From contig OZ059900.1 of NCBI GenBank assembly GCA_964057225.1, positions 7,688,001 to 7,752,000 on the forward strand: a DNA stretch of 64,000 bases. Reading direction: 5' to 3'. A program made the position numbers and the translations under genes. The stretch's first letter is position 1, and every line of letters starts with the position of its first letter. This document shows positions 28,401 through 43,100 of the stretch, piece by piece. The notes beneath the pieces are model-generated. The model did no database searches. It was not told where the DNA came from and worked only from the letters and a program-made list of their open reading frames with translations. This DNA is from Auanema rhodensis (lineage: Eukaryota; Animalia; Nematoda).

Positions 28401-30622
28401 AAAAAGGACCGAAAATATCAAGAATTATTGGTTTTTTGGGGATTGAAGGGCATTTTGGCAAAATCAGTCAAACTTTTGCTCTTAAGCATATTTTTTTCTT
28501 CTAAAACGACTAAATGTATGAAATACTGTCATAGAATGTTCATATAGGTGTATTTTGCACGAATATCAAAACTGATTTAAATATGGGCCTTTTTATGCTC
28601 AAAACGCCATATATTCAACGATTTTGGGTACAAAACATGTGAAAACTGTATGTTTTGATCAGACCCTTTGAGATATGGATTTAAAATTCAGGATTCATAA
28701 AATTCGACTATTTTTACATATATATGTCCAATTTTAACCACTTTGGTCAAAAAGGACCGAAAATATCAAGAATTATTTCTTTTTTGGGGTTTGAAGGGCA
28801 TTTTGGCAAAATCAGTCAAACTTTTGATCTTAAGCATATTTTTTTCTTCTAAAACGACTAAATGTATGAAATACTGTCATAGAATGTTCATATAGGTGTA
28901 TTTTGCACGAATATCAAAACTGATTGAAATATGGGCCTTTTTATGTTCAAAACGCCATATATTCAACGATTTTGGGTACAAAACATGTGAAAACTGTATG
29001 TTTTGATCAGACCCTTTGAGATATGGATTTGAAATTCAGGATTCATAAACTTCGACTATTTTTACATATATATGTCCAATTTTAACCACTTTGGTCGAAA
29101 AGGACCGAAAATATCAAGAATTATTGGTTTTTTGGGGATTGAAGGGCATTTTGGCAAAATCAGTCAAACTTTTGATCTTAAGCATATTTTTTTCTTCTAA
29201 AACGACTAAATGTATGAAATACTGTCATAGAATGTTCATATAGGTGTATTTTGCACGAATATCAAAACTGATTGAAATATGGGCCTTTTTATGTTCAAAA
29301 CGCCATATATTCAACGATTTTGGGTACAAAACATGTGAAAACTGTATGTTTTGATCAGACCCTTTGAGATATGGATTTGGAATTCAGGATTCATAAACTT
29401 TGACTATTTTTACATATATATGTTCAATTTTAACCACTTTGGTCAAAAAGGACCGAAAATATCAAGAATTATTGGTTTTTTGGGGTTTGAAGGGCATTTT
29501 GGCTAAATCAGTCAAACTTTTGATCTTAAGCATATTTTTTTCTTCTAAAACGACTAAATGTATGAAATACTGTCATAGAATGTTCATATTGGTGTATTTT
29601 GCACGAATATCAAAACTGATTGAAATATGGGCCTTTTTATGTTCAAAACGCCATATATTCAACGATTTTGGGTACAAAACATGTGAAAACTGTATGTTTT
29701 GATCAGACCCTTTGAGATATGGATTTGAAATTCAGGATTCATAAACTTTGACTATTTTTACATATATATGTCCAATTTTAACCACTTTGGTCAAAAAGGA
29801 CCGAAAATATCAAGAATTATTGGTTTTTTGGGGTTTGAAGGGCATTTTGGCAAAATCAGTCAAACTTTTGATCTTAAGCATATTTTTTTCTTCTAAAACG
29901 ACTAAATGTATGAAATACTGTCAAAGAATGTTCATATAGGTGTATTTTGCACGAATATCAAAACTGATTGAAATATGGGCCTTTTTATGTTCAAAACGCC
30001 ATATATTCAACGATTTTGGGTACAAAACATGTGAAAACTGTATGTTTTGATCAGACCCTTTGAGATATGGATTTGAAATTCAGGATTCATAAACTTCGAC
30101 TATTTTTACATATATATGTCCAATTTTAACCACTTTGGTCGAAAAGGACCGAAAATATCAAGAATTATTGGTTTTTTGGGGATTGAAGGGCATTTTGGCA
30201 AAATCAGTCAAACTTTTGATCTTAAGCATATTTTTTTCTTCTAAAACGACTAAATGAATGAAATACTGTCATAGAATGTTCATATAGGTGTATTTTGCAC
30301 GAATATCAAAACTGATTGAAATATGGGCCTTTTTATGTTCAAAACGCCATATATTCAACGATTTTGGGTACAAAACATGTGAAAACTGTATGTTTTGATC
30401 AGACCCTTTGAGATATGGATTTGGAATTCAGGATTCATAAACTTTGACTATTTTTACATATATATGTTCAATTTTAACCACTTTGGTCAAAAAGGACCGA
30501 AAATATCAAGAATTATTGGTTTTTTGGGGTTTGAAGGGCATTTTGGCTAAATCAGTCAAACTTTTGATCTTAAGCATATTTTTTTCTTCTAAAACGACTA
30601 AATGTATGAAATACTGTCATAG
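25403..30622. repeat. Nested 2-monomer then 6-monomer duplication
   Basis: Linked rare variants GATTTAAAT (25794, 26490, 28578) and GG>TC (25994, 26690, 28778); spacings 696 and 2088. Confidence 0.88.
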
Positions 30623-32014
30623 AATGTTCATATAGGTGTATTTTGCACGAATATCAAAACTGATTGAAATATGGGCCTTTTTATGTTCAAAACGCCATAT
30701 ATTCAACGATTTTGGGTACAAAACATGTGAAAACTGTATGTTTTGATCAGACCCTTTGAGATATGGATTTGAAATTCAGGATTCATAAACTTTGACTATT
30801 TTTACATATATATGTCCAATTTTAACCACTTTGGTCAAAAAGGACCGAAAATATCAAGAATTATTGGTTTTTTGGGGATTGAAGGGCATTTTGGCAAAAT
30901 CAGTCAAACTTTTGATCTTAAGCATATTTTTTTCTTCTAAAACGACTAAATGTATGAAATACTGTCATAGAATGTTCATATAGGTGTATTTTGCACAAAT
31001 ATCAAAACTGATTGAAATATGGGCCTTTTTATGCTCAAAACGCCATATATTCAACGATTTTGGGTACAAAACATGTGAAAACGGTATGTTTTGATCAGAC
31101 CCTTTGAGATATGGATTTGAAATTCAGGATTCATAAACTTCGACTATTTCTACATATATATGTCCAATTTTAACCACTTTGGTCAAAAAGGACCAAAAAT
31201 ATCAAGAATTATTGGTTTTTTGGGGTTTGAAGGGCATTTTGGCAAAATCAGTCAAACTTTTGATCTTAAGCATATTTTTTTCTTCTAAAACGACTAAATG
31301 TATGAAATACTGTCAAAGAATGTTCATATAGGTGTATTTTGCACGAATATCAAAACTGATTGAAATATGGGCCTTTTTATGCTCAAAACGCCATATATTC
31401 AACGATTTTGGGTACAAAACATGTGAAAACTGTATGTTTTGATCAGACCCTTTGAGATATGGATTTAAAATTCAGGATTCATAAAATTCGACTATTTTTA
31501 CATATATATGTCCAATTTTAACCACTTTGGTCAAAAAGGACCGAAAATATCAAGAATTATTGGTTTTTTGGGGTTTGAAGGGCATTTTGGCAAAATCAGT
31601 CAAACTTTTGATCTTAAGCATATTTTTTTCTTCTAAAACGACTAAATGTATGAAATACTGTCATAGAATGTTCATATAGGTGTATTTTGCACGAATATCA
31701 AAACTGATTGAAATATGGGCCTTTTTATGCTCAAAACGCCATATATTCAACGATTTTGGGTACAAAACATGTGAAAACTGTATGTTTTGATCAGACCCTT
31801 TGAGATATGGATTTGAAATTCAGGATTCATAAACTTTGACTATTTTTACATATATATGTCCAATTTTAACCACTTTGGTCGAAAAGGACCGAAAATATCA
31901 AGAATTATTGGTTTTTTGGGGATTGAAGGGCATTTTGGCAAAATCAGTCAAACTTTTGATCTTAAGCATATTTTTTTCTTCTAAAACGACTAAATGTATG
32001 AAATACTGTCATAG

Positions 32015-35000
32015 AATGTTCATATAGGTGTATTTTGCACGAATATCAAAACTGATTGAAATATGGGCCTTTTTATGTTCAAAACGCCATATATTCAACG
32101 ATTTTGGGTACAAAACATGTGAAAACTGTATGTTTTGATCAGACCCTTTGAGATATGGATTTGAAATTCAGGATTCATAAACTTCGACTATTTTTACATA
32201 TATATGTCCAATTTTAACCACTTTGGTCGAAAAGGACCGAAAATATCAAGAATTATTGGTTTTTTGGGGATTGAAGGGCATTTTGGCAAAATCAGTCAAA
32301 CTTTTGATCTTAAGCATATTTTTTTCTTCTAAAACGACTAAATGTATGAAATACTGTCATAGAATGTTCATATAGGTGTATTTTGCACAAATATCAAAAC
32401 TGATTGAAATATGGGCCTTTTTATGCTCAAAACGCCATATATTCAACGATTTTGGGTACAAAACATGTGAAAACTGTATGTTTTGATCAGACCCTTTGAG
32501 ATATGGATTTAAAATTCAGGATTCATAAAATTCGACTATTTTTACATATATATGTCCAACTTTAACCACTTTGGTCAAAAAGGACCGAAAATATCAAGAA
32601 TTATTGGTTTTTTGGGGTTTGAAGGGCATTTTGGCAAAATCAGTCAAACTTTTGATCTTAAGCATATTTTTTTCTTCTAAAACGACTAAATGTATGAAAT
32701 ACTGTCATAGAATGTTCATATAGGTGTATTTTGCACAAATATCAAAACTGATTGAAATATGGGCCTTTTTATGCTCAAAACGCCATATATTCAACGATTT
32801 TGGGTACAAAACATGTGAAAACTGTATGTTTTGATCAGACCCTTTGAGATATGGATTTAAAATTCAGGATTCATAAAATTCGACTATTTTTACATATATA
32901 TGTCCAATTTTAACCACTTTGGTCAAAAAGGACCGAAAATATCAAGAATTATTGGTTTTTTGGGGTTTGAAGGGCATTTTGGCAAAATCAGTCAAACTTT
33001 TGATCTTAAGCATATTTTTTTCTTCTAAAACGACTAAATGTATGAAATACTGTCATAGAATGTTCATATAGGTGTATTTTGCACGAATATCAAAACTGAT
33101 TGAAATATGGGCCTTTTTATGTTCAAAACGCCATATATTCAACGATTTTGGGTACAAAACATGTGAAAACTGTATGTTTTGATCAGACCCTTTGAGATAT
33201 GGATTTGAAATTCAGGATTCATAAACTTTGACTATTTTTACATATATATGTCCAATTTTAACCACTTTGGTCGAAAAGGACCGAAAATATCAAGAATTAT
33301 TGGTTTTTTGGGGATTGAAGGGCATTTTGGCAAAATCAGTCAAACTTTTGATCTTAAGCATATTTTTTTCTTCTAAAACGACTAAATGTATGAAATACTG
33401 TCATAGAATGTTCATATAGGTGTATTTTGCACGAATATCAAAACTGATTGAAATATGGGCCTTTTTATGTTCAAAACGCCATATATTCAACGATTTTGGG
33501 TACAAAACATGTGAAAACTGTATGTTTTGATCAGACCCTTTGAGATATGGATTTGGAATTCAGGATTCATAAACTTTGACTATTTTTACATATATATGTT
33601 CATTTTAACCACTTTGGTCAAAAAGGACCGAAAATATCAAGAATTATTGGTTTTTTGGGGTTTGAAGGGCATTTTGGCTAAATCAGTCAAACTTTTGATC
33701 TTAAGCATATTTTTTTCTTCTAAAACGACTAAATGTATGAAATACTGTCATAGAATGTTCATATAGGTGTATTTTGCACGAATATCAAAACTGATTGAAA
33801 TATGGGCCTTTTTATGTTCAAAACGCCATATATTCAACGATTTTGGGTACAAAACATGTGAAAACTGTATGTTTTGATCAGACCCTTTGAGATATGGATT
33901 TGAAATTCAGGATTCATAAACTTTGACTATTTTTACATATATATGTCCAATTTTAACCACTTTGGTCAAAAAGGACCGAAAATATCAAGAACTATTGGTT
34001 TTTTGGGGATTGAAGGGCATTTTGGCAAAATCAGTCAAACTTTTGATCTTAAGCATATTTTTTTCTTCTAAAACGACTAAATGTATGAAATACTGTCATA
34101 GAATGTTCATATAGGTGTATTTTGCACAAATATCAAAACTGATTGAAATATGGGCCTTTTTATGCTCAAAACGCCATATATTCAACGATTTTGGGTACAA
34201 AACATGTGAAAACTGTATGTTTTGATCAGACCCTTTGAGATATGGATTTGAAATTCAGGATTCATAAACTTTGACTATTTTTACATATATATGTCCAATT
34301 TTAACCACTTTGGTCAAAAAGGACCGAAAATATCAAGAATTATTGGTTTTTTGGGGTTTGAAGGGCATTTTGGCTAAATCAGTCAAACTTTTGATCTTAA
34401 GCATATTTTTTTCTTCTAAAACGACTAAATGTATGAAATACTGTCAAAGAATGTTCATATAGGTGTATTTTGCACGAATATCAAAACTGATTGAAATATG
34501 GGCCTTTTTATGCTCAAAACGCCATATATTCAACGATTTTGGGTACAAAACATGTGAAAACTGTATGTTTTGATCAGACCCTTTGAGATATGGATTTAAA
34601 ATTCAGGATTCATAAAATTCGACTATTTTTACATATATATGTCCAATTTTAACCACTTTGGTCAAAAAGGACCGAAAATATCAAGAATTATTGGTTTTTT
34701 GGGGTTTGAAGGGCATTTTGGCAAAATCAGTCAAACTTTTGATCTTAAGCATATTTTTTTTTCTAAAACGACTAAATGTATGAAATACTGTCAAAGAATG
34801 TTCATATAGGTGTATTTTGCACGAATATCAAAACTGATTGAAATATGGGCCTTTTTATGTTCAAAACGCCATATATTCAACGATTTTGGGTACAAAACAT
34901 GTGAAAACTGTATGTTTTGATCAGACCCTTTGAGATATGGATTTGAAATTCAGGATTCATAAACTTCGACTATTTTTACATATATATGTCCAATTTTAAC

Positions 35001-37579
35001 CACTTTGGTCGAAAAGGACCGAAAATATCAAGAATTATTGGTTTTTTGGGGATTGAAGGGCATTTTGGCAAAATCAGTCAAACTTTTGATCTTAAGCATA
35101 TTTTTTTCTTCTAAAACGACTAAATGTATGAAATACTGTCATAGAATGTTCATATAGGTGTATTTTGCACAAATATCAAAACTGATTGAAATATGGGCCT
35201 TTTTATGCTCAAAACGCCATATATTCAACGATTTTGGGTACAAAACATGTGAAAACTGTATGTTTTGATCAGACCCTTTGAGATATGGATTTAAAATTCA
35301 GGATTCATAAAATTCGACTATTTTTACATATATATGTCCAATTTTAACCACTTTGGTCAAAAAGGACCGAAAATATCAAGAATTATTGGTTTTTTGGGGT
35401 TTGAAGGGCATTTTGGCAAAATCAGTCAAACTTTTGATCTTAAGCATATTTTTTTCTTCTAAAACGACTAAATGTATGAAATACTGTCATAGAATGTTCA
35501 TATAGGTGTATTTTGCACAAATATCAAAACTGATTGAAATATGGGCCTTTTTATGCTCAAAACGCCATATATTCAACGATTTTGGGTACAAAACATGTGA
35601 AAACTGTATGTTTTGATCAGACCCTTTGAGATATGGATTTAAAATTCAGGATTCATAAAATTCGACTATTTTTACATATATATGTCCAATTTTAACCACT
35701 TTGGTCAAAAAGGACCGAAAATATCAAGAATTATTGGTTTTTTGGGGTTTGAAGGGCATTTTGGCAAAATCAGTCAAACTTTTGATCTTAAGCATATTTT
35801 TTTCTTCTAAAACGACTAAATGTATGAAATACTGTCATAGAATGTTCATATAGGTGTATTTTGCACGAATATCAAAACTGATTGAAATATGGGCCTTTTT
35901 ATGTTCAAAACGCCATATATTCAACGATTTTGGGTACAAAACATGTGAAAACTGTATGTTTTGATCAGACCCTTTGAGATATGGATTTGAAATTCAGGAT
36001 TCATAAACTTTGACTATTTTTACATATATATGTCCAATTTTAACCACTTTGGTCGAAAAGGACCGAAAACATCAAGAATTATTGGTTTTTTGGGGATTGA
36101 AGGGCATTTTGGCAAAATCAGTCAAACTTTTGATCTTAAGCATATTTTTTTCTTCTAAAACGACTAAATGTATGAAATACTGTCATAGAATGTTCATATA
36201 GGTGTATTTTGCACGAATATCAAAACTGATTGAAATATGGGCCTTTTTATGTTCAAAACGCCATATATTCAACGATTTTGGGTACAAAACATGTGAAAAC
36301 TGTATGTTTTGATCAGACCCTTTGAGATATGGATTTGGAATTCAGGATTCATAAACTTTGACTATTTTTACATATATATGTTCATTTTAACCACTTTGGT
36401 CAAAAAGGACCGAAAATATCAAGAATTATTGGTTTTTTGGGGTTTGAAGGGCATTTTGGCTAAATCAGTCAAACTTTTGATCTTAAGCATATTTTTTTCT
36501 TCTAAAACGACTAAATGTATGAAATACTGTCATAGAATGTTCATATAGGTGTATTTTGCACGAATATCAAAACTGATTGAAATATGGGCCTTTTTATGTT
36601 CAAAACGCCATATATTCAACGATTTTGGGTACAAAACATGTGAAAACTGTATGTTTTGATCAGACCCTTTGAGATATGGATTTGAAATTCAGGATTCATA
36701 AACTTTGACTATTTTTACATATATATGTCCAATTTTAACCACTTTGGTCAAAAAGGACCGAAAATATCAAGAATTATTGGTTTTTTGGGGATTGAAGGGC
36801 ATTTTGGCAAAATCAGTCAAACTTTTGATCTTAAGCATATTTTTTTCTTCTAAAACGACTAAATGTATGAAATACTGTCATAGAATGTTCATATAGGTGT
36901 ATTTTGCACAAATATCAAAACTGATTGAAATATGGGCCTTTTTATGCTCAAAACGCCATATATTCAACGATTTTGGGTACAAAACATGTGAAAACTGTAT
37001 GTTTTGATCAGACCCTTTGAGATATGGATTTGAAATTCAGGATTCATAAACTTTGACTATTTTTACATATATATGTCCAATTTTAACCACTTTGGTCAAA
37101 AAGGACCGAAAATATCAAGAATTATTGGTTTTTTGGGGTTTGAAGGGCATTTTGGCTAAATCAGTCAAACTTTTGATCTTAAGCATATTTTTTTCTTCTA
37201 AAACGACTAAATGTATGAAATACTGTCAAAGAATGTTCATATAGGTGTATTTTGCACGAATATCAAAACTGATTGAAATATGGGCCTTTTTATGCTCAAA
37301 ACGCCATATATTCAACGATTTTGGGTACAAAACATGTGAAAACTGTATGTTTTGATCAGACCCTTTGAGATATGGATTTAAAATTCAGGATTCATAAAAT
37401 TCGACTATTCTTACATATATATGTCCAATTTTAACCACTTTGGTCAAAAAGGACCGAAAATATCAAGAATTATTGGTTTTTTGGGGTTTGAAGGGCATTT
37501 TGGCAAAATCAGTCAAACTTTTGATCTTAAGCATATTTTTTTCTTCTAAAACGACTAAATGTATGAAATACTGTCAAAG
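32015..37579. repeat. Two tandem copies of an 8-monomer higher-order unit
   Basis: Monomers 93-100 and 101-108 show the same class order. The 347-bp deletion monomer marker is at 33602 and 36384 (2782 = 8x348-2). Confidence 0.88.
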
Positions 37580-40164
37580 AATGTTCATATAGGTGTATTT
37601 TGCACGAATATCAAAACTGATTGAAATATGGGCCTTTTTATGTTCAAAACGCCATATATTCAACGATTTTGGGTACAAAACATGTGAAAACTGTATGTTT
37701 TGATCAGACCCTTTGAGATATGGATTTGAAATTCAGGATTCATAAACTTCGACTATTTTTACATATATATGTCCAATTTTAACCACTTTGGTCGAAAAGG
37801 ACCGAAAATATCAAGAATTATTGGTTTTTTGGGGATTGAAGGGCATTTTGGCAAAATCAGTCAAACTTTTGATCTTAAGCATATTTTTTTCTTCTAAAAC
37901 GACTAAATGTATGAAATACTGTCATAGAATGTTCATATAGGTGTATTTTGCACGAATATCAAAACTGATTGAAATATGGGCCTTTTTATGTTCAAAACGC
38001 CATATATTCAACGATTTTGGGTACAAAACATGTGAAAACTGTATGTTTTGATCAGACCCTTTGAGATATGGATTTGGAATTCAGGATTCATAAACTTTGA
38101 CTATTTTTACATATATATGTTCAATTTTAACCACTTTGGTCAAAAAGGACCGAAAATATCAAGAATTATTGGTTTTTTGGGGTTTGAAGGGCATTTTGGC
38201 TAAATCAGTCAAACTTTTGATCTTAAGCATATTTTTTTCTTCTAAAACGACTAAATGTATGAAATACTGTCATAGAATGTTCATATAGGTGTATTTTGCA
38301 CGAATATCAAAACTGATTGAAATATGGGCCTTTTTATGTTCAAAACGCCATATATTCAACGATTTTGGGTACAAAACATGTGAAAACTGTATGTTTTGAT
38401 CAGACCCTTTGAGATATGGATTTGAAATTCAGGATTCATAAACTTTGACTATTTTTACATATATATGTCCAATTTTAACCACTTTGGTCAAAAAGGACCG
38501 AAAATATCAAGAATTATTGGTTTTTTGGGGATTGAAGGGCATTTTGGCAAAATCAGTCAAACTTTTGATCTTAAGCATATTTTTTTCTTCTAAAACGACT
38601 AAATGTATGAAATACTGTCATAGAATGTTCATATAGGTGTATTTTGCACAAATATCAAAACTGATTGAAATATGGGCCTTTTTATGCTCAAAACGCCATA
38701 TATTCAACGATTTTGGGTACAAAACATGTGAAAACGGTATGTTTTGATCAGACCCTTTGAGATATGGATTTGAAATTCAGGATTCATAAACTTCGACTAT
38801 TTCTACATATATATGTCCAATTTTAACCACTTTGGTCAAAAAGGACCGAAAATATCAAGAATTATTGGTTTTTTGGGGTTTGAAGGGCATTTTGGCAAAA
38901 TCAGTCAAACTTTTGATCTTAAGCATATTTTTTTCTTCTAAAACGACTAAATGTATGAAATACTGTCAAAGAATGTTCATATAGGTGTATTTTGCACGAA
39001 TATCAAAACTGATTGAAATATGGGCCTTTTTATGCTCAAAACGCCATATATTCAACGATTTTGGGTACAAAACATGTGAAAACTGTATGTTTTGATCAGA
39101 CCCTTTGAGATATGGATTTAAAATTCAGGATTCATAAAATTCGACTATTTTTACATATATATGTCCAATTTTAACCACTTTGGTCAAAAAGGACCGAAAA
39201 TATCAAGAATTATTGGTTTTTTGGGGTTTGAAGGGCATTTTGGCAAAATCAGTCAAACTTTTGATCTTAAGCATATTTTTTTCTTCTAAAACGACTAAAT
39301 GTATGAAATACTGTCATAGAATGTTCATATAGGTGTATTTTGCACGAATATCAAAACTGATTGAAATATGGGCCTTTTTATGCTCAAAACGCCATATATT
39401 CAACGATTTTGGGTACAAAACATGTGAAAACTGTATGTTTTGATCAGACCCTTTGAGATATGGATTTGAAATTCAGGATTCATAAACTTCGACTATTTCT
39501 ACATATATATGTCCAATTTTAACCACTTTGGTCAAAAAGGACCGAAAATATCAAGAATTATTGGTTTTTTGGGGTTTGAAGGGCATTTTGGCAAAATCAG
39601 TCAAACTTTTGATCTTAAGCATATTTTTTTCTTCTAAAACGACTAAATGTATGAAATACTGTCATAGAATGTTCATATAGGTGTATTTTGCACGAATATC
39701 AAAACTGATTGAAATATGGGCCTTTTTATGTTCAAAACGCCATATATTCAACGATTTTGGGTACAAAACATGTGAAAACTGTATGTTTTGATCAGACCCT
39801 TTGAGATATGGATTTGAAATTCAGGATTCATAAACTTTGACTATTTTTACATATATATGTCCAATTTTAACCACTTTGGTCAAAAAGGACCGAAAATATC
39901 AAGAATTATTGGTTTTTTGGGGATTGAAGGGCATTTTGGCAAAATCAGTCAAACTTTTGCTCTTAAGCATATTTTTTTCTTCTAAAACGACTAAATGTAT
40001 GAAATACTGTCATAGAATGTTCATATAGGTGTATTTTGCACGAATATCAAAACTGATTGAAATATGGGCCTTTTTATGCTCAAAACGCCATATATTCAAC
40101 GATTTTGGGTACAAAACATGTGAAAACTGTATGTTTTGATCAGACCCTTTGAGATATGGATTTA

Positions 40165-43100
40165 AAATTCAGGATTCATAAAATTCGACTATTTTTACAT
40201 ATATATGTCCAATTTTAACCACTTTGGTCAAAAAGGACCGAAAATATCAAGAATTATTGGTTTTTTGGGGTTTGAAGGGCATTTTGGCAAAATCAGTCAA
40301 ACTTTTGATCTTAAGCATATTTTTTTCTTCTAAAACGACTAAATGTATGAAATACTGTCAAAGAATGTTCATATAGGTGTATTTTGCACGAATATCAAAA
40401 CTGATTGAAATATGGGCCTTTTTATGTTCAAAACGCCATATATTCAACGATTTTGGGTACAAAACATGTGAAAACTGTATGTTTTGATCAGACCCTTTGA
40501 GATATGGATTTGAAATTCAGGATTCATAAACTTCGACTATTTTTACATATATATGTCCAATTTTAACCACTTTGGTCGAAAAGGACCGAAAATATCAAGA
40601 ATTATTGGTTTTTTGGGGATTGAAGGGCATTTTGGCAAAATCAGTCAAACTTTTGATCTTAAGCATATTTTTTTCTTCTAAAACGACTAAATGTATGAAA
40701 TACTGTCATAGAATGTTCATATAGGTGTATTTTGCACGAATATCAAAACTGATTGAAATATGGGCCTTTTTATGTTCAAAACGCCATATATTCAACGATT
40801 TTGGGTACAAAACATGTGAAAACTGTATGTTTTGATCAGACCCTTTGAGATATGGATTTGAAATTCAGGATTCATAAACTTTGACTATTTTTACATATAT
40901 ATGTCCAATTTTAACCACTTTGGTCAAAAAGGACCGAAAATATCAAGAATTATTGGTTTTTTGGGGATTGAAGGGCATTTTGGCAAAATCAGTCAAACTT
41001 TTGATCTTAAGCATATTTTTTTCTTCTAAAACGACTAAATGTATGAAATACTGTCATAGAATGTTCATATAGGTGTATTTTGCACAAATATCAAAACTGA
41101 TTGAAATATGGGCCTTTTTATGTTCAAAACGCCATATATTCAACGATTTTGGGTACAAAACATGTGAAAACTGTATGTTTTGATCAGACCCTTTGAGATA
41201 TGGATTTGAAATTCAGGATTCATAAACTTTGACTATTTTTACATATATATGTCCAATTTTAACCACTTTGGTCAAAAAGGACCGAAAATATCAAGAATTA
41301 TTGGTTTTTTGGGGATTGAAGGGCATTTTGGCAAAATCAGTCAAACTTTTGCTCTTAAGCATATTTTTTTCTTCTAAAACGACTAAATGTATGAAATACT
41401 GTCATAGAATGTTCATATAGGTGTATTTTGCACGAATATCAAAACTGATTGAAATATGGGCCTTTTTATGCTCAAAACGCCATATATTCAACGATTTTGG
41501 GTACAAAACATGTGAAAACTGTATGTTTTGATCAGACCCTTTGAGATATGGATTTAAAATTCAGGATTCATAAAATTCGACTATTTTTACATATATATGT
41601 CCAATTTTAACCACTTTGGTCAAAAAGGACCGAAAATATCAAGAATTATTGGTTTTTTGGGGTTTGAAGGGCATTTTGGCAAAATCAGTCAAACTTTTGA
41701 TCTTAAGCATATTTTTTTCTTCTAAAACGACTAAATGTATGAAATACTGTCAAAGAATGTTCATATAGGTGTATTTTGCACGAATATCAAAACTGATTGA
41801 AATATGGGCCTTTTTATGTTCAAAACGCCATATATTCAACGATTTTGGGTACAAAACATGTGAAAACTGTATGTTTTGATCAGACCCTTTGAGATATGGA
41901 TTTGAAATTCAGGATTCATAAACTTCGACTATTTTTACATATATATGTCCAATTTTAACCACTTTGGTCGAAAAGGACCGAAAATATCAAGAATTATTGG
42001 TTTTTTGGGGATTGAAGGGCATTTTGGCAAAATCAGTCAAACTTTTGATCTTAAGCATATTTTTTTCTTCTAAAACGACTAAATGTATGAAATACTGTCA
42101 TAGAATGTTCATATAGGTGTATTTTGCACGAATATCAAAACTGATTGAAATATGGGCCTTTTTATGTTCAAAACGCCATATATTCAACGATTTTGGGTAC
42201 AAAACATGTGAAAACTGTATGTTTTGATCAGACCCTTTGAGATATGGATTTGAAATTCAGGATTCATAAACTTTGACTATTTTTACATATATATGTCCAA
42301 TTTTAACCACTTTGGTCAAAAAGGACCGAAAATATCAAGAATTATTGGTTTTTTGGGGATTGAAGGGCATTTTGGCAAAATCAGTCAAACTTTTGATCTT
42401 AAGCATATTTTTTTCTTCTAAAACGACTAAATGTATGAAATACTGTCATAGAATGTTCATATAGGTGTATTTTGCACAAATATCAAAACTGATTGAAATA
42501 TGGGCCTTTTTATGTTCAAAACGCCATATATTCAACGATTTTGGGTACAAAACATGTGAAAACTGTATGTTTTGATCAGACCCTTTGAGATATGGATTTG
42601 AAATTCAGGATTCATAAACTTCGACTATTTTTACATATATATGTCCAATTTTAACCACTTTGGTCGAAAAGGACCGAAAATATCAAGAATTATTGGTTTT
42701 TTGGGGATTGAAGGGCATTTTGGCAAAATCAGTCAAACTTTTGATCTTAAGCATATTTTTTTCTTCTAAAACGACTAAATGTATGAAATACTGTCATAGA
42801 ATGTTCATATAGGTGTATTTTGCACGAATATCAAAACTGATTGAAATATGGGCCTTTTTATGTTCAAAACGCCATATATTCAACGATTTTGGGTACAAAA
42901 CATGTGAAAACTGTATGTTTTGATCAGACCCTTTGAGATATGGATTTGGAATTCAGGATTCATAAACTTTGACTATTTTTACATATATATGTTCAATTTT
43001 AACCACTTTGGTCAAAAAGGACCGAAAATATCAAGAATTATTGGTTTTTTGGGGTTTGAAGGGCATTTTGGCTAAATCAGTCAAACTTTTGATCTTAAGC

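Noticed and set aside
29400-29702. 100-aa ORF
   Set aside because: A singleton TAG>TTG change at 29590 gives read-through into the next monomer.
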